A stretch of DNA of 63,405 nt, filler included, from Sphacelaria rigidula (GCA_964200075.2; 4 parts of 4 records of this genome joined end to end with filler, not necessarily neighbours in it); one strand, 5' to 3'. Numbered from the whole stretch's first letter, positions 37,286 to 50,600 are shown. Translations and numbers: made by a program. The notes: generated by a model from the letters alone, not told the origin.

Positions 37286-40200
37286 CTGTTCCGTCGTGGG
37301 GATGAAGCGCGGTGCGGGGCAGTGAGGTTAAGGGAAGGGCAGTGTCGTTTAGCTACAGGGAGGGGTAGATCTGTTACGAGTACGGGTGCGCAAATCTTGA
37401 ACATCGTGCCCGTAGGTGGGATGAAGAAGATATGTATGGACACCGTATATCCTTCAACGACTAGGGGGGGTGTACTCATGATCAACGACTAGGGGGCGGG
37501 GCAGGTGAAGTTGTCCCTGAGGTTAGCGCAGGGAGGGATAATCAATTTTGGACTCTAGTATGATTTTTACTGACAAACGCAAACTGGATGGGAAGAAATA
37601 GAGCAAAGGTGTGACATGACGTCGTTCATGACCACGAACGCTCCAAAAGCGATGAAATATCAACTGATAAGGTAGGAGGAGCGGGAAGGCGGGGAGCGGG
37701 ACATCGGGGATGGGGGACTCACTCGCGCATATTTTGCCCGCCGTATTTTGCGGGTACACCATTCACCATGGGACACTTACTGCTGCAGAGGACGCTACTT
37801 GGTGTGTGCCCTAAATGATTTCAATCAGGCTCCGAGGGGATAAGTTGTTGAAAGTGAGTATTTTGTTCAAAATTTTCGGTGGCGAAAAGTTGTACGTGAT
37901 TCATCAAGATATTCGGAAAGAAGAAAAGCAAATATTTGTACAAAATATCGATTGTGTGTAACCACAAGAACGCGTACCTCCGAGGGACCGAGCTCCACCT
38001 CCCAGTGGACGGCTCCGCTGGCGCCTTTTTCCCCCCCGACGATCACGATTTCCACCTCATAGTATCCGTACGGAGAGCACATGAACATGAGCAGTTGATC
38101 GCGACCTTTTCCATCGTACTTCACCTCTCCCTGCGTGAACTTTCCCGTGAACACAGCACCTTTGCCCGAGATGGGCTTACCACAAGCGTCGGTCACCTGC
38201 CTGTATGACATAAATGGGGGAAACCGTCGAGAGCAGCAGGAGACAGGAGCGCGTATCGTCAAGTATTTGACAGCTGTCTTTGTCTTGTGGGCATTTGAGT
38301 GTGGGACGTCGACATATCGATCTTTACGGAGTGGAGCACAAGTTGTGCGGTCGGAGCGTGTAATCAAAGGAAACGTTAGGGTGTTATACTTCAATTCCGA
38401 TCTGTGGATGGCGAGTGGAATGAGAACATCTGACTAGAGAGTATACGGGGGAGGGGAGGGGAGGGGAGACGGGCGCGGGGGGGGTTCTCATGATCTTGCA
38501 TGCTTTAGTCACAAGGCCGTTGATCTCACATCCCTACAAAGCCGGGACGGAGCACGCCGGGTTTTCACCGGACCAGGCTCGGGGGTGGTGTACTCATGAT
38601 CATATATGGCGCACGGGCAAGAATATATTCCGAGTAAAAAGAACACTTCGGCGATCGAACTTCATGGCTGGTGCCCTGTTCCAACCCACTTGTTCGCGGC
38701 TATGAAAATCTGCGCTCGACATCGTCCATTTTCTTGGTGCTTGACATGTTTGTTCCGCTCAGCAAGAGAAAGGGTGGATCGCTGGCCGGTCTATTCGGTG
38801 ACAAACTTCGAACGCTTAGAAGTTGATCGTCGATATTTCACCGGTTGGAACATCGGCGCTGAGCAGTTTTGGGTTTCGAATTTCCAATTAGAGCGTAGAG
38901 AACACTGCGAGCGACGAGAACCGCGATTCGAGTGCCTGTCGTGCGCCACCGTTATATCGTAGCTACCGGTCCGATTTGAGCTGAGTAAGTATAGAAGAGA
39001 TAGTGATGTGACGATTATCTGTGTCACACGTGGCCATACACACCTCCACGTAAGCGTGTAGTAGTCGTAGTTGTCCTTGAGCGTGTTGATGGTCTCGATT
39101 TGCATGTCTGTTGATGAGGGGAAGCATCGCGCAACACAACGCGAGCGCGCGAAGGCAGCAGGTGGGCGTGTCAGTGGCAGGAAGCGAGCTATACATGAAT
39201 GCCGCCAGAAACTTCGAACTGCACCAGTTGCATGCGTGTCGTTGAGTATGAATGATGTATCGCACGGAACATGACTCGAAATTCGACTCTCCATTTCATC
39301 GCCGATATTTTTTTACTTCGTGCGGGGATTGCCGCTTTGTGTTCGTACTCGACTCATGCCGGCTATCCAGGCCACCGCTTGTTGCATGGGCATCGATTTT
39401 TGTTTTACGCGAGAGAACGGTGAATGCCGCTTCTTTGGGATGAAAGTCTGTCTCATTCATCACAATTTCCAACGCTTTTCATTGATTGTTTGTCGTCATT
39501 TTTTCTTGTTTGTGCGGCCATTACCCGTCATGGGTTATTTCATGAGCCGCCATAGCGCGGCGATCTGACCGCTACATCTCAAATCCAGTTGGGGTAGAGT
39601 TTGAGGTCCAAATCTTTACAAGTGCGGTGTTTTTCTTCTCGGGAGTATCTGTTTCCGTTGTCGATGGCATGAGCATGCGAACACCACAGCAAAGTTTGAC
39701 GGAAGTCCTTGAGGTGCGGCATTACTGATCCAATCCGCAATGTCAAAATGTCAGGCGCATACCAATGCAAGCACGAGTTGACCTTTCGAGACGACGGATT
39801 CGTTCCGAGGAAGAAGACACGGGAAAACTATGTCGGGAAACATATACTGAAATGATGGTGCCAATGATCGGGGAGAAAACAGGCATTCGTCCGTTCGAGG
39901 TGAAGTGGTTGACTTTTTTCATGAATCACCTGTCACGTATCTCGTCTGATTCACCCCGGAATACGAGTACGATGGGTAGTCATGGAGAAGCAATGAAAGT
40001 GGAGGGGGCAAGCATGGGGAGGGGGGGCAGAATATAAACTTCGCAGCAGCAATACTACGATGGCATGACTATGCGTGAGATAGTGTTGGCCTGAAGCGAG
40101 GTGAACCGTCAGTAGCCTTATATGCTACTCGGCGGGCAAGATCCTCAGCGAAAACGAACACACACGAAGCCTTTCAGGCTACGGTTTCATACCTTACCCG

Positions 40201-43200
40201 TACAGTGATGTGTATATTTTGTTTTTGAGTCTACGGTCCCTGGATGCCTGTAAGTTCTTGCTTCACGGCAAAGGAGGAGGTGTTTATCGGGAAGAGCCCT
40301 TGCTTACGTCCGCATCACTACTGGAGTAAGCGACTGCCGAGAATACCGAGCGTTCCGCAGGGTATGCACCCCTCTATACCGTTCGTGATTGAGAGATGCT
40401 GCTCGGATAGGTTTATCGCCACATAGCTTTCACGGCCCTTCTTGTTTGTATATTTGTTATTTTTTTGTTAATCTCGTAGGTCTTCCTACGTGAAGCCATA
40501 TTGCGGGCATTTGCCATGTTGTGTTTCTCTATTTATCTATTTATCTGTTATTTTGCCATTTACTGCATGTTCATCAAGAAGACGTGATGTTCCTGCTCTT
40601 CTCCTTCCCTTTCCTTCCCTAATTTTCATCTCACTCTTTCTTCATGTCTTTTGGTTCCTCAAGTCTACTCCGTTTGTTCTAGCTTCCGTCATCTTCTCCC
40701 TTTCTCGAGCTTCCTACAGCTAGTAGTGTTTCTGTTTCGCCTACCTCGAGGTGCTATCTTGTGAACGCGGCTGAATCCACGCGCGATCATACCCGCAGTT
40801 CTTTAGGTGCGCAAAACTTTACGCGTGCGTTTTTTTTTCACGTATCAATGTTCCGGCATCGGTCGTACGATGGCCATGTGAGATTCTTCATCTTCAAGAT
40901 CTGGATAATAAAGGGGAGATAGTGCACGTCAAGTATTCCCCGGTGCAAATTGGTATGTGATATTTTCACTTCCGTCGTCGTTCGGTTCATAGAAAATAGT
41001 CATGTGAGGGTGCGTCGTAGAACGCTAGTTTTCGATCCAAAATGTGCGGTGGAGAACAAAATCTCGATCTGATAGGTCGTAATTTCAATCATCGTCGTTA
41101 ATTTTGAAGATGACGGTCGAAATCACGGCCTATCAGATTGGGATTTTTTGTTTTCCACCGCACTTTTTCGATCGGAAACTAATTACCCATGTGCCAAGAC
41201 ACGGCCCAAGATTTATACTCGGTTGAAGTACCGCCATCATCGCGTGAAACCTAATAGGTTGTCGCTTGATATTAGATTTCCGCTTTTTCTTCTGCCGTCG
41301 GGTTCGAAATTGCCATGGTGGCACTTGCGCCCGGTTTTCTCGTGAAAAGATAACATATGATGGGGGAGAGACTGGTCGATGAGTTTTTTTTTTTCCAACT
41401 CTGCAAGACAAGTGCGCCAAGACACGCCCTGATCCATAGGTTGTCGCTTGAGATTGCATTCCCGCTTTTTCTGCCGTCGGGTTCGAAATTGTCATGACAC
41501 TTGCACACGGTTTTCTCATGTAAAGATAACATATTATATATGATTGGGGAGAGACTGATTGATGAGTTGTTGTTTTTTTTGCAATTTTGCACTTTTGTGT
41601 TCTTGGCTGCGGCGCTTGTTTTCGATTTTTTATTTCTAATTTAGGGCTGTATACAAAAATTCGACTCAGTGGTCGACGAGGGAAAGGGACTGCTGCATCC
41701 GCCCTCTCGCGATAGAGAGATAAGTCAATCACCGCAGAAGGAAGTTGGGGAACACATATACAAACAAAAAAGAAAAAAGTCCTGTGTTGGTCTTCCTCCT
41801 GTGTGACCCCGGCTGATGCGCCCACATATACCGAAAGGTGTAGAGCGGCGTCCAGAATAATAGATGGGATGACAACACAAACAACGCACACAGGTACCAA
41901 GACTTTCTCGGACTGCGCACACCATGGAGGGTAGAATGAACCAGCGCCGAAATTACCGTTGTTGTCAAACACACCAGTAGTAATAATGCAGCCCGGATCT
42001 GAGGCACCAGCACACATCAGCTAACTTCTGATTTCACCGGCAAAGAGTACAAAAAAATAGCTCGAGACGTAGCTATCGATCAGCCGAGTACGATCTTCTT
42101 CGCTTGGGGCAAATCGGTTCCAAACTGAACGAGATACTCACGACTTTTGTTAAACGAGCAACGCACAACACACACACAAACGGTCAACGACCCCATCGCA
42201 AGCTACTATTCCCGCGAAAATGCAGCCGCCCCTCTTCCAATAATAATGAACGGATTGCCGCCGAATAAACAGCAACATTGCTGTGTGCCGATGACCAAGA
42301 GGCGCGATGAACTTGTGCTGTGAGTGTCAGTGCGTGCTTGCTCGGGCTCGGTTGTGCGGGTGTAACGTGTTTCAGTCTTGTGTTTTAGCCACACGCGTGT
42401 TGAGATTTCCAGACCGGTCTCCCACTACGTCCAGGGCGGAAAGAACTGCCGCTCTTTCCAGAAAATGTGTTTCTCCAGTTATTAGGACCCAAAGTGGTCC
42501 TTGTGGGCAGGCCAGCTGCCGTGCTTGCTCGCTGCTTTTGCTCTCTCTTAAATTTTTACATCTGCTGAACTCCAGGGTAGGTCATCTGCAGGATTAGCGT
42601 CACTTTCACTTGCAATTCACTGCGTGCGTGACCCAGATAGCCTAACCTGGCGGTCAAAGGGTTTAACCCTTTGGCTGTCAGCACACGCTACCTATCTGTT
42701 GAATTGGCATCAGGATGACCCAGAGACGGTCACTTTGACCGCCAAACGTCAGCTACTGTTGAAAAACCGGTATCATTTTCACTTGAAAAACGGGTTTTTC
42801 ACGCAGGTCATAGCTCGAGCCGTACTACTATAGCTATTGATCAACGGAGTACAGCGAGTTTATCAAGCGGCAAATCGGTTCAAAATCGAACGGGACAGTG
42901 TCACAATGATTTGTGTCGGACGGGCGCCGTAGAAGAAGGGCTCTTGACGTTTCATGTTATATGAAAAGAGATTCCAGAAGTGAGAAGCGCAGGCGTTGTA
43001 GAAGTGGGGGTGATTCTGGCGATTTCGGTGACTTTTTCGTTTTTGCTCCCCTCCCGGTTGGTCGAGAGCCCGCGGGCAAACAAATGGAAGGGCAAAAGAA
43101 AATACACCATGAAACACGGCAGAATCATTCTAGCTGTCACGGCGCCTTCTCGTTCTTCTTGTCTCGTTGAGGCCGTAACACAACCACCCGCACACGGTCA

Positions 43201-45999
43201 ACGACTCGTCGTGAGCAACTTTTTCTGCACACATACTACGGCCTCCCCTCTTCTAGTAATAATAATACCGAACAGCCGGTGAACAAGCAGCACTGTGCGT
43301 CGTATTAATGAGCAAGAGCTAGTGCTGGGCGTGATGCCCTCACTGTACTGCGGATTCATGCGTGTTCGTGTTTGGTAGGCTCGGTTGTGTAGGTGTAATG
43401 ACGTGTTGTTTGAGTCTTCTCAATTGTATTTCAGTCACCCGCGTTGACATTCCCAGACCTGTTTCCGACCGCGTCCAGTGCGGAAAGATTTCACCTTTCT
43501 TTCGAAGAAAGTCCGCTGTGTATTTCCCAACCAGGACCCAGAGTGGTGATCGTTATGGGCGGGTAAGCTGCCTTGCTCGCCTTTTATTATCTTTTCATTC
43601 TATTCGTCTCGTTATGAAGCCGGGCCATGACATTCGGGCGGTTTCGGGCCGTTATGGCGTACGGACTTTGCGGCACAGATCTGGAGTGTATGCTCCAGTT
43701 TCGAAATGATTGTGCGCCTCGGTTTTCAATGGCGACACAATGTAGAGACAGTAATAATTGTTTCACGAGGGGGTCCGTATCGACGCTGCTGACTGCACGT
43801 TGTGTTGGCTTCAAAACACGGAAGAAAACGGCTGACCGACAGATTGAAAACTCCAAACAAGGGCATGAATGTTGCCGTACCTGCCCTGAGTCCCATCAGG
43901 TAAATACATCCACACCGTGAGCATAGAATGACGAGGCTCTCCGGAGAGCTTGGACTCGACAGCAAGAACCGTGCGCAGTGAATCCGCCGGGCATTTTGCG
44001 CTGCTTTCCGGGACGGTTTCGACCGCATCTTCTGTGCTCGAGCACCCGGTAGAGAGGCGATATACGGTATCTACTCACACAGCATCCAAAACTGGGACTA
44101 CTCAACTTGCGAAACAACTGTTGTTGTACTACTGGGAGAGACTGACTGATGAAGCCGAACACACGACCAGCGAGTATTTTACTACTTAGTAAGGTTATGG
44201 GTTCGACTTTGACCTCGAACGACAGCCCCTAGGTTGTTTCTTACGTATGTGCACCCGTCTATTGTGCACCCGTATATTCTGGTATACTTGCCGTTACGTG
44301 GTCAATGGATTTCATCGACTCCGCTATCTACTGTTGAGTGATGCTGCGATAGGGTCTGCACTTTTGGGGCCAAAACCGGCCTGATTCAGGGGTTTCTAAC
44401 AGTGAGGAACTACACAAGAATATGGGTGAGGATATCCCCGTTTGCAAATTCATTCGGAATATCCCTAGCAAATTGAAAGAAAAACCCTGGCGTACTCTCA
44501 CCTATTTCGAAAGTCGCATTTTGGATGAGACAAAGGGTTCCTAACAATTCTACTCTCAGGCCGTAAAAGTGCTGACCCTATCGCAGCATCACTCTGTTGT
44601 TTTTGTAGGGAGGGAAACCAAGATGACGTCATCCCCGGCGCAACACTGAAACGAAGTGCAGCCGGTTTGACTTCCCCGGCAAAGCCTGACCACCTGTACG
44701 GCCATGGGTGTGATGTAGCAAGCGGTGGCCACGATGGCAATGGTTCTATTCTATACTTGGAGTTGGGGACTTTGGTTGTGTCAGTGCATCAATACTATCT
44801 GCTGTACGCAAACCACTAGGTATAATGAACGTTCGGGGTCTCTCCGGTCGACCTACATCATTGCCCAGGGGGTTTAGCCTAGCCTGCATTCCCAATACCC
44901 TCTTCGGTATAGACTACCCTTCGTTGCAGCTAAGAACAGCGCTTGTGTTAAACAATAGAAATATTTTTCCAAGCAATAGGAGTACTTGCTCCCATGCATG
45001 CGCATACCACGGTTGGTTTGCCACGGACGGTAGACACTGATCCTTCCAGGGACAGTACAGCACAGTACAGTATAGTACAGTACAGAACAACCCGCAATGT
45101 GCACTCCCTGGGACAGGGCCTGCACTGGCTCTCTTGCGACACTACACAGGGGAACGATCGAAATTTAAAGAAATCTGCAAGTTGGTTTTTCTTCCCTCTT
45201 CTCTCCACTTTCTTGCCACACAGCAATTTTCTGGTGGGATCCGTGGGTCTTCAACCAACCGAAAATGCCAGTTTCGTGTGTTCGTTTCCGACAACGTATG
45301 ATCTCACGAGTTGCAGCCACTGGCGACACCATGAATCACTCTCATGGCTATGATGAGACTGTCAGCGCTATTCTACCTCTCAGCGTATCACAGCCACGAT
45401 GAGACTCTCTCTCTCACGATTGAAGATGAAGAAATTATTCCGTGGCAAAGATTGTATGTATGTGCCTTTCCCGAATCAATTGTGAATGCGGAGGCATATG
45501 CGCTACGATACAACGAGCTACGTACGGTGCAACAATGAGCATGGAGCAAAGTCGACTGAAATGACCCCTTATACCGCCGACGAATTAGGGTAGCGAAAGA
45601 CGTGCTCACCAATCCAGAGAGTCGTCTCGACCCCCGCCTACAGCCCGGGACGATTATATCTTCCGGTTTGGCCAACATTTGGACTTCGTCAATTGTGTGC
45701 ATATTCGAGGGGCCCGCGGATGGTACGGGTATATATGGCCAAGTGCACCGATTACCACAAATTTGAAATGGCGTAGAGGCAACAACCATGCAGGGAGCGA
45801 CGCACCCCCAATCATAAGGTGCACTGACATGAATGCATGAGTAACGGCAGAAGTAGTGTGGCGCACATGGCAAAACATCTCGAGATGGGTTACTTCAGGT
45901 CACCTCATCTGCCCTCGCATATTCCACCGACATAAACACATCATCATTATTATCTTGAGAACGGCGAGAAGTATACACGAGTAGAACGCGTCCATAACT

Positions 46000-46031
<32 letters not shown>

Positions 46032-46590
46032 TTGTTGCTGTTGTTGTTGCTGTTGTTGCTGTTGTTGTTACTGTTGTTGTTGCTACATACAAGTACATCT
46101 ATCTGATGACTGGTGACCACTTCACAGTGGATGGGTAAACTCCTAGTCGGGGGGCGAATGCGCCCGCACGCTCCCCCTTCCCCCCTCTGCATAAACTTCA
46201 AGGAGTCCGGACGACAATAAGGCTGGAGAAACGAGAACTATCATTACTAGGACGTCTAGAGCTCTAAGCGATCGGACTGTACATACGCATCGTTCGCACT
46301 ACTAGGATCCGCGCAGTACGGCTTTCGCACTGCGACCTGCTGTTGTAACAGCAGCAACGACATAGTATTTACGCAGTACAGCACAGAGGTTACCCTCTGC
46401 ACCTTTTCAATCGACTGCTGCATTTCATATACCACTCGGTATACTCACATTGTTCGCCCTTCAAGCAGCCTCCATCTCCTTCGGGATCTTCTTCTCTCAG
46501 CGTGTTGATTGTCTTGCTGGGGAAGGCGGTGCATATCGTTGCAGTCAGCGCCAACACACCCGTTACGACAGCAGCGGCGAGCGGCGCCAT
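37115..46590 (-). CDS. Putative secreted protein of unknown function, ~267 aa, 8 exons
   Basis: Phase-consistent exons 46590-46449, 45953-45904, 45637-45610, 41998-41923, 40247-40198, 39107-39044, 38200-37978 and 37285-37115 give one open frame from ATG to TAG. The N-terminus is a hydrophobic signal peptide (MAPLAAAVVTGVLALTATICTA), and the 3' exons show strong C/G third-position bias. Confidence 0.8.
37978..38200 (-). CDS. Secreted protein exon 7 (VTDACGKPISGKG...WEVELGPSE)
   Basis: Tandem acceptors tacag|gcag and donor GAG|gtacgc; strong codon bias. Confidence 0.85.
39044..39107 (-). CDS. Secreted protein exon 6 (DMQIETINTLKDNYDYYTLTW)
   Basis: caacag acceptor and AG|gtgtgt donor; strong codon bias. 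Confidence 0.8.
40198..40247 (-). CDS. Secreted protein exon 5 (HPGTVDSKTKYTHHCT)
   Basis: ttacag acceptor and G|gtaagg donor; phase 2 to 1 bridges its neighbours. Confidence 0.62.
41255..41590. repeat. Tandem duplication of a ~180-bp unit
   Basis: ataggttgtcgcttga...ctgccgtcgggttcgaaattg...agataacatat occurs twice. Confidence 0.85.
41649..41891 (+). mobile_element. 5'-truncated copy of the SINE family, in an intron of the secreted-protein gene
   Basis: Reverse complement of the 21117-21355 body. Confidence 0.85.
41923..41998 (-). CDS. Secreted protein exon 4 (DPGCIITTGVFDNNGNFGAGSFYPPW)
   Basis: cctcag acceptor and TG|gtgtgc donor. Confidence 0.72.
42061..43590. repeat. Diverged direct duplication (~42061-42545 versus ~42813-43590)
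   Basis: Shared colinear anchors gcaaatcggtt, cggtcaacgac, gctcggttgtg, ttccagacc and aggaccca. Confidence 0.7.
44336..44594. mobile_element. MITE with 4-bp TSD (Sola-like ends)
   Basis: Perfect 21-bp TIR GAGTGATGCTGCGATAGGGTC that extends imperfectly. TGTT is duplicated on both flanks. Confidence 0.8.
45610..45637 (-). CDS. Secreted protein micro-exon 3 (AGVETTLWI)
   Basis: ctgtag acceptor and G|gtgagc donor; 28 nt, phase 0 to 1. Confidence 0.6.
45904..45953 (-). CDS. Secreted protein exon 2 (YNNDDVFMSVEYARADE)
   Basis: Pyrimidine tract with an AAG acceptor and donor GAG|gtgacc; phase 1 to 0. Confidence 0.6.
46003..46084. repeat. (TGY)n trinucleotide microsatellite in intron 1 of the secreted-protein gene
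   Basis: Direct reading of the tgc/tgt run. Confidence 0.95.
46449..46590 (-). CDS. Secreted protein exon 1 (signal peptide)
   Basis: ATG at 46590 and donor T|gtgagt. Confidence 0.8.
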
Positions 46591-47532
46591 TGATACTCGA
46601 CGGCAGAGAAGATTCGAATACTCGCAAGATATCAGCAAGTACTAAAAATAGCCGGAGTCAAGAGATCGATGTACTACGGAGCTGCCTGTTGTTGTCGATA
46701 TTTGATGTGGAAGAACAGTGGTGTATGGAGTGACGAATGGAGGTGGTTTAGAGGGTGAATGATTCTCGGGGCGTGCGAGGCGGAGGGGGTTGGAGGAGGG
46801 GGTTGGAGGGGGGGGGAGAGGGGAAGGGGGGGGGGGGGTGGGAGTTCCATACACATGATTCAGAACGATGATGTAAAAGAGATGCGATTTCAGGTATAGA
46901 TACAGTTCAATATCACATGCTTGAACCCGCCCTGGTGTCAGCAACTTTGAAGACAGAGTGCAGACTTGGAGCGGTGCCGAGAACTTCAATGACGGAAGCA
47001 CTCATAAAACTAAAAGACGTGCCTCTCTTGCTGCGCATACAGAAGCCACTGGCTTGAGCATCTGGTGACCCTCCGACCGCCAGGGTGGGGCCATCTCTTG
47101 CATCGGCATACTATTCTTCTTACATCTTCACCTCCAGGGTGAGTCATCTGTGTCTAAACCAGGAAGTTGGAAATTATGCCGATGCACCGTGTATATACTC
47201 TGTGTCCCGCTCCGGCCGTCAAATGGTTGTTATGACTGTATCGCCCAGATGCCCCGCTCTGACTACTATTGCAGTCGAAGTGTTAAACAGAGCCAATCGA
47301 TTTGAGTATATCCTCATACTATATCTGGATCTTTAACTAATCAATTCTCACCGAAAAATCATGACGCAGCGGATAATCCACCCTGTTGGCCGTCATGTAA
47401 TGGCCATCAGCATCATCGCTGTATGATCCAGATGCTCCAGCCTGGTGGTCAAAGGGTTGAACCGAGCCAATCAATCTGAGTGTACAGTCATACGCGGTAC
47501 ACGAAGAGGTATCTTGGACTCGAGTTTTCCGA

Positions 47533-47632
47533 NNNNNNNNNNNNNNNNNNNNNNNNNNNNNNNNNNNNNNNNNNNNTTAATTAATTAANNNNNNNNNNNN
47601 NNNNNNNNNNNNNNNNNNNNNNNNNNNNNNNN
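47533..47632. other. Scaffold gap
   Basis: N run with the TTAATTAATTAA spacer. Confidence 0.98.
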
Positions 47633-50600
47633 TAATAATAAAAATGCCAAAATATAAGGTGGGGGGTGGCGAGGGCGGGGGGGGGGGGAGTGTACTCTTG
47701 ATGTTGAACGCGGTAGTCAGATGACCATTGACCCCGCATCCCTAACAAGTCGGGACGGAGCACGTCGGGTTTTTACCGGACCAGGATCGCAATCAATCAC
47801 CAAGCGCGGAGCGCCGTATTGTGTTCGGCGAGTCGCATCAGGGGTAAGCTGTTTTCTGCTAAGATTGTTCGCCGCACAGCGTACTGGCTGTCTTGCATAT
47901 AGATGACGGCGTCTGGATATTTCTACATTTATTTCCTCATTACGGCGCGATGAATGGCCGTGTGGGATGCATGCCTTAAGCTTCATGCCTTGTGCAGAAT
48001 ATATTTCAATACAGAGATTATTCTATGGTTCCGGGCCCCATGTCAAGGAGCCATGATGTTGTCTAAGGGACAGTTGATGTCTTTATTGACGGGGTTGAAC
48101 GCCTAGCTGTAGAGGGTTGACTCAAAGACACAGGTGATCAAGTTCCATCATCAGGAAGAGTACATTCGGCGAGATGCATGAAATGAGAAACGGATATACG
48201 AGAAGTGAGCGCATCCAGCATTGTTGCTGCCGCGGCTCAGTGGTGTAATCGGTATGACATCACTTAATGTCGGAAGAGATGCTAGATTTGGTTGATTGAT
48301 TATCGCACACTGAGTGATGCCTCTAGAGATTCAGTCATGGTGACATGATGGACGTGAACCATGCCTACATACTAATGTACCCGAAACGGAATCACGAGCT
48401 GAAGGAACTCGAGAAATGGACACGACGAAGAGTGGAGGACACGACAAATAGAGGACACGATGAAACGAGAGAGAAAACAAAGGGGAGAAAAGGGGGGCGG
48501 GGGGTGAGAGGAAAATAACGAAAACAATCGGCCCCGATGAAGCATAAAAAATGCAAAATGCGGGTTCGGTCCCCGGTAGTAGCGTTCGAGGAAAGTGCCT
48601 GATCCCTCCGTCCTTTAAAGGTGAAGTTAACAATAGCGAAGAAATTTGAATTGACGAGAGTCAACGCGTTGCGGGAGTGCTGATCTCATTCACCATGCTT
48701 AAACGCAAGGAATGCACCGGAGGAAAGATTAATTGACCAGTCGAGACGACGGGCTCGTCCCGAGAAAAGGGGAGGCGGGGGTTAGAAGTGTGACGGAAAG
48801 ATAGAAACAAACGCTGGTGGCATCGAGAGACTGTCATTCATGAAATTGCGCTCATAGCAAGCTCTACTTGTACGACGAGGTTCTCATCCTTCGCCACGAG
48901 AGACTTCTTATTCAGCCAGTCGTGCAACGATGGAGGTGGTAAGGGGCCTTAGCAGAAACTATAAAGGACCATCATCCGGACTGTCGAAAATGGATTCAAG
49001 GGGAGAGGGGGGGACGGGGGGTATCCGAGTCCTTGAATCAAGTATGATACCAGGAAATCACGTGGTTCTATTTGGTGTAACATCGGATAATGTTGAGTGC
49101 GACGTACAAATTACTTGGCTTTGGTTTCACGTCAGACAGCTACTTGAGCTTAGTGTGGATCCCAGTATTCCTGTATTTTCGAGTAGCGATTCGACATACG
49201 GCGAGGTACACAAACCTGAATACTGCGACCTGCAGATCGCGGCGTGCTCAGATTGTAGGGTTGTGTATCGAGACTGATAGCATACCAATATATTGCTGCG
49301 CACGCTGTAGCCATTTTCAACAAAACGTACGTCTGTGATTGTTATTGTTACTGTTTAGCTGTACAGTAGTGACATTTGCGCGATCTACGGTACATAACGC
49401 ATGCGTCATCACGCGGTCTCTCCAAACCATGTACCATGCCAACACGGGTCTGGAGAATTGAAGACGTACATGATGGCATCCTCTGCTTTGTATCCCACAC
49501 TGCCGTTTCTGCGTACTTGTGGAAGTATCAAACGTCATTGAATGAACTTTGTCATGTAGCTTCCTATATTTTTCTTCGCATATTGTTTCGGAACAATTGA
49601 AGTTCGTACGCGCGAAATGCTGCTCTCGGGCGGTCTTTCATAGTCTAAATTTCAAAGTGAGGTGAAGCCAAAACGCATATTTTTGCCGCCGCGGGAACCC
49701 CCTCACCAGCCGGGCGTGGGGAGGCGTTTTCGCTCGGGCTGTGCCTTTCGGCTCGTGCCTGGGTGGAGCACGACCATGGCGTCGCCACAACAGCACCAAT
49801 ACATCAGCATTACTACGCTCATACACGCACGTGTTGATGAAACTGGCCCATACACAACCCTAGTAGACGGTGGGAGAGCACGGTAGATACCACTTTTGCA
49901 CTATAACCTAACAAATCGAGCAGTGGATGAGCACCGCTGTTGGTCGAGCAAACCGTTTTTTTCGTAAAACAGTTCGTTTCTCGCTATCATGTATGATGTA
50001 CACGGACTATTGAAAACAGCGCAGTTTCGGTCAGCACCGAAGCGTTTCTAGGTTTTAACATTTAGCCCACTCACGATATTTGCGTTTCCGTTTGTTTCAT
50101 CATTGTCGAAGAGAGCTTTTCAGCTGTGTTTTTTCGAGAGCCTCTCGCGACACAACGCATATCATCACGGTACGATGCTACCGCGCTATCTGTAATACAT
50201 ACCTTTCACTCCATCGTCGTGTAAGATGTTTTTCTAGTGCGGAGTGTTGGACAAAATGAAGTGCGGGACCGGGAGGGGTTTGTTTCCGACCGGCACGCGC
50301 TATAAACCATAGCGGCTCTTTCGAGCTGTGCATGGAGTATGGCTTTCACAGCATGTCTTGTATTATTTTGTCCCACTTTGAACCCCCCTCTCCCTCGGGA
50401 TCAACAAACCTTCATCTCTATCCCGTACACGCCTTGCATTTTGATCTCGCTGATTGGCTCAGCACTCCCTCACCGCGCCAACTCTCATCGAACGAAGTCA
50501 GCAGTCAACTACTTTTTGTTCACTCACGTACTCACGCTTCGACAGTGGGAATCAGATACTTCGAAGGAAAAAACCGGCGCATTGGGAATCGAACCCACGT

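Noticed and set aside
41133..42017. 294-aa ORF as a single gene
   Set aside because: It is a chimera of one real exon (41998-41923), a SINE copy and a tandem duplication.
44079..45175. Extra exons of the secreted-protein gene, including one with an in-frame TGA (selenocysteine?)
   Set aside because: Exon 45610 joins 41998 in phase without them, the candidates lack consistent donors or phases, and no SECIS evidence was seen.
45895..46201. Poly-Thr/Ala or poly-Asn protein ORFs
   Set aside because: They are translations of an intronic trinucleotide microsatellite.
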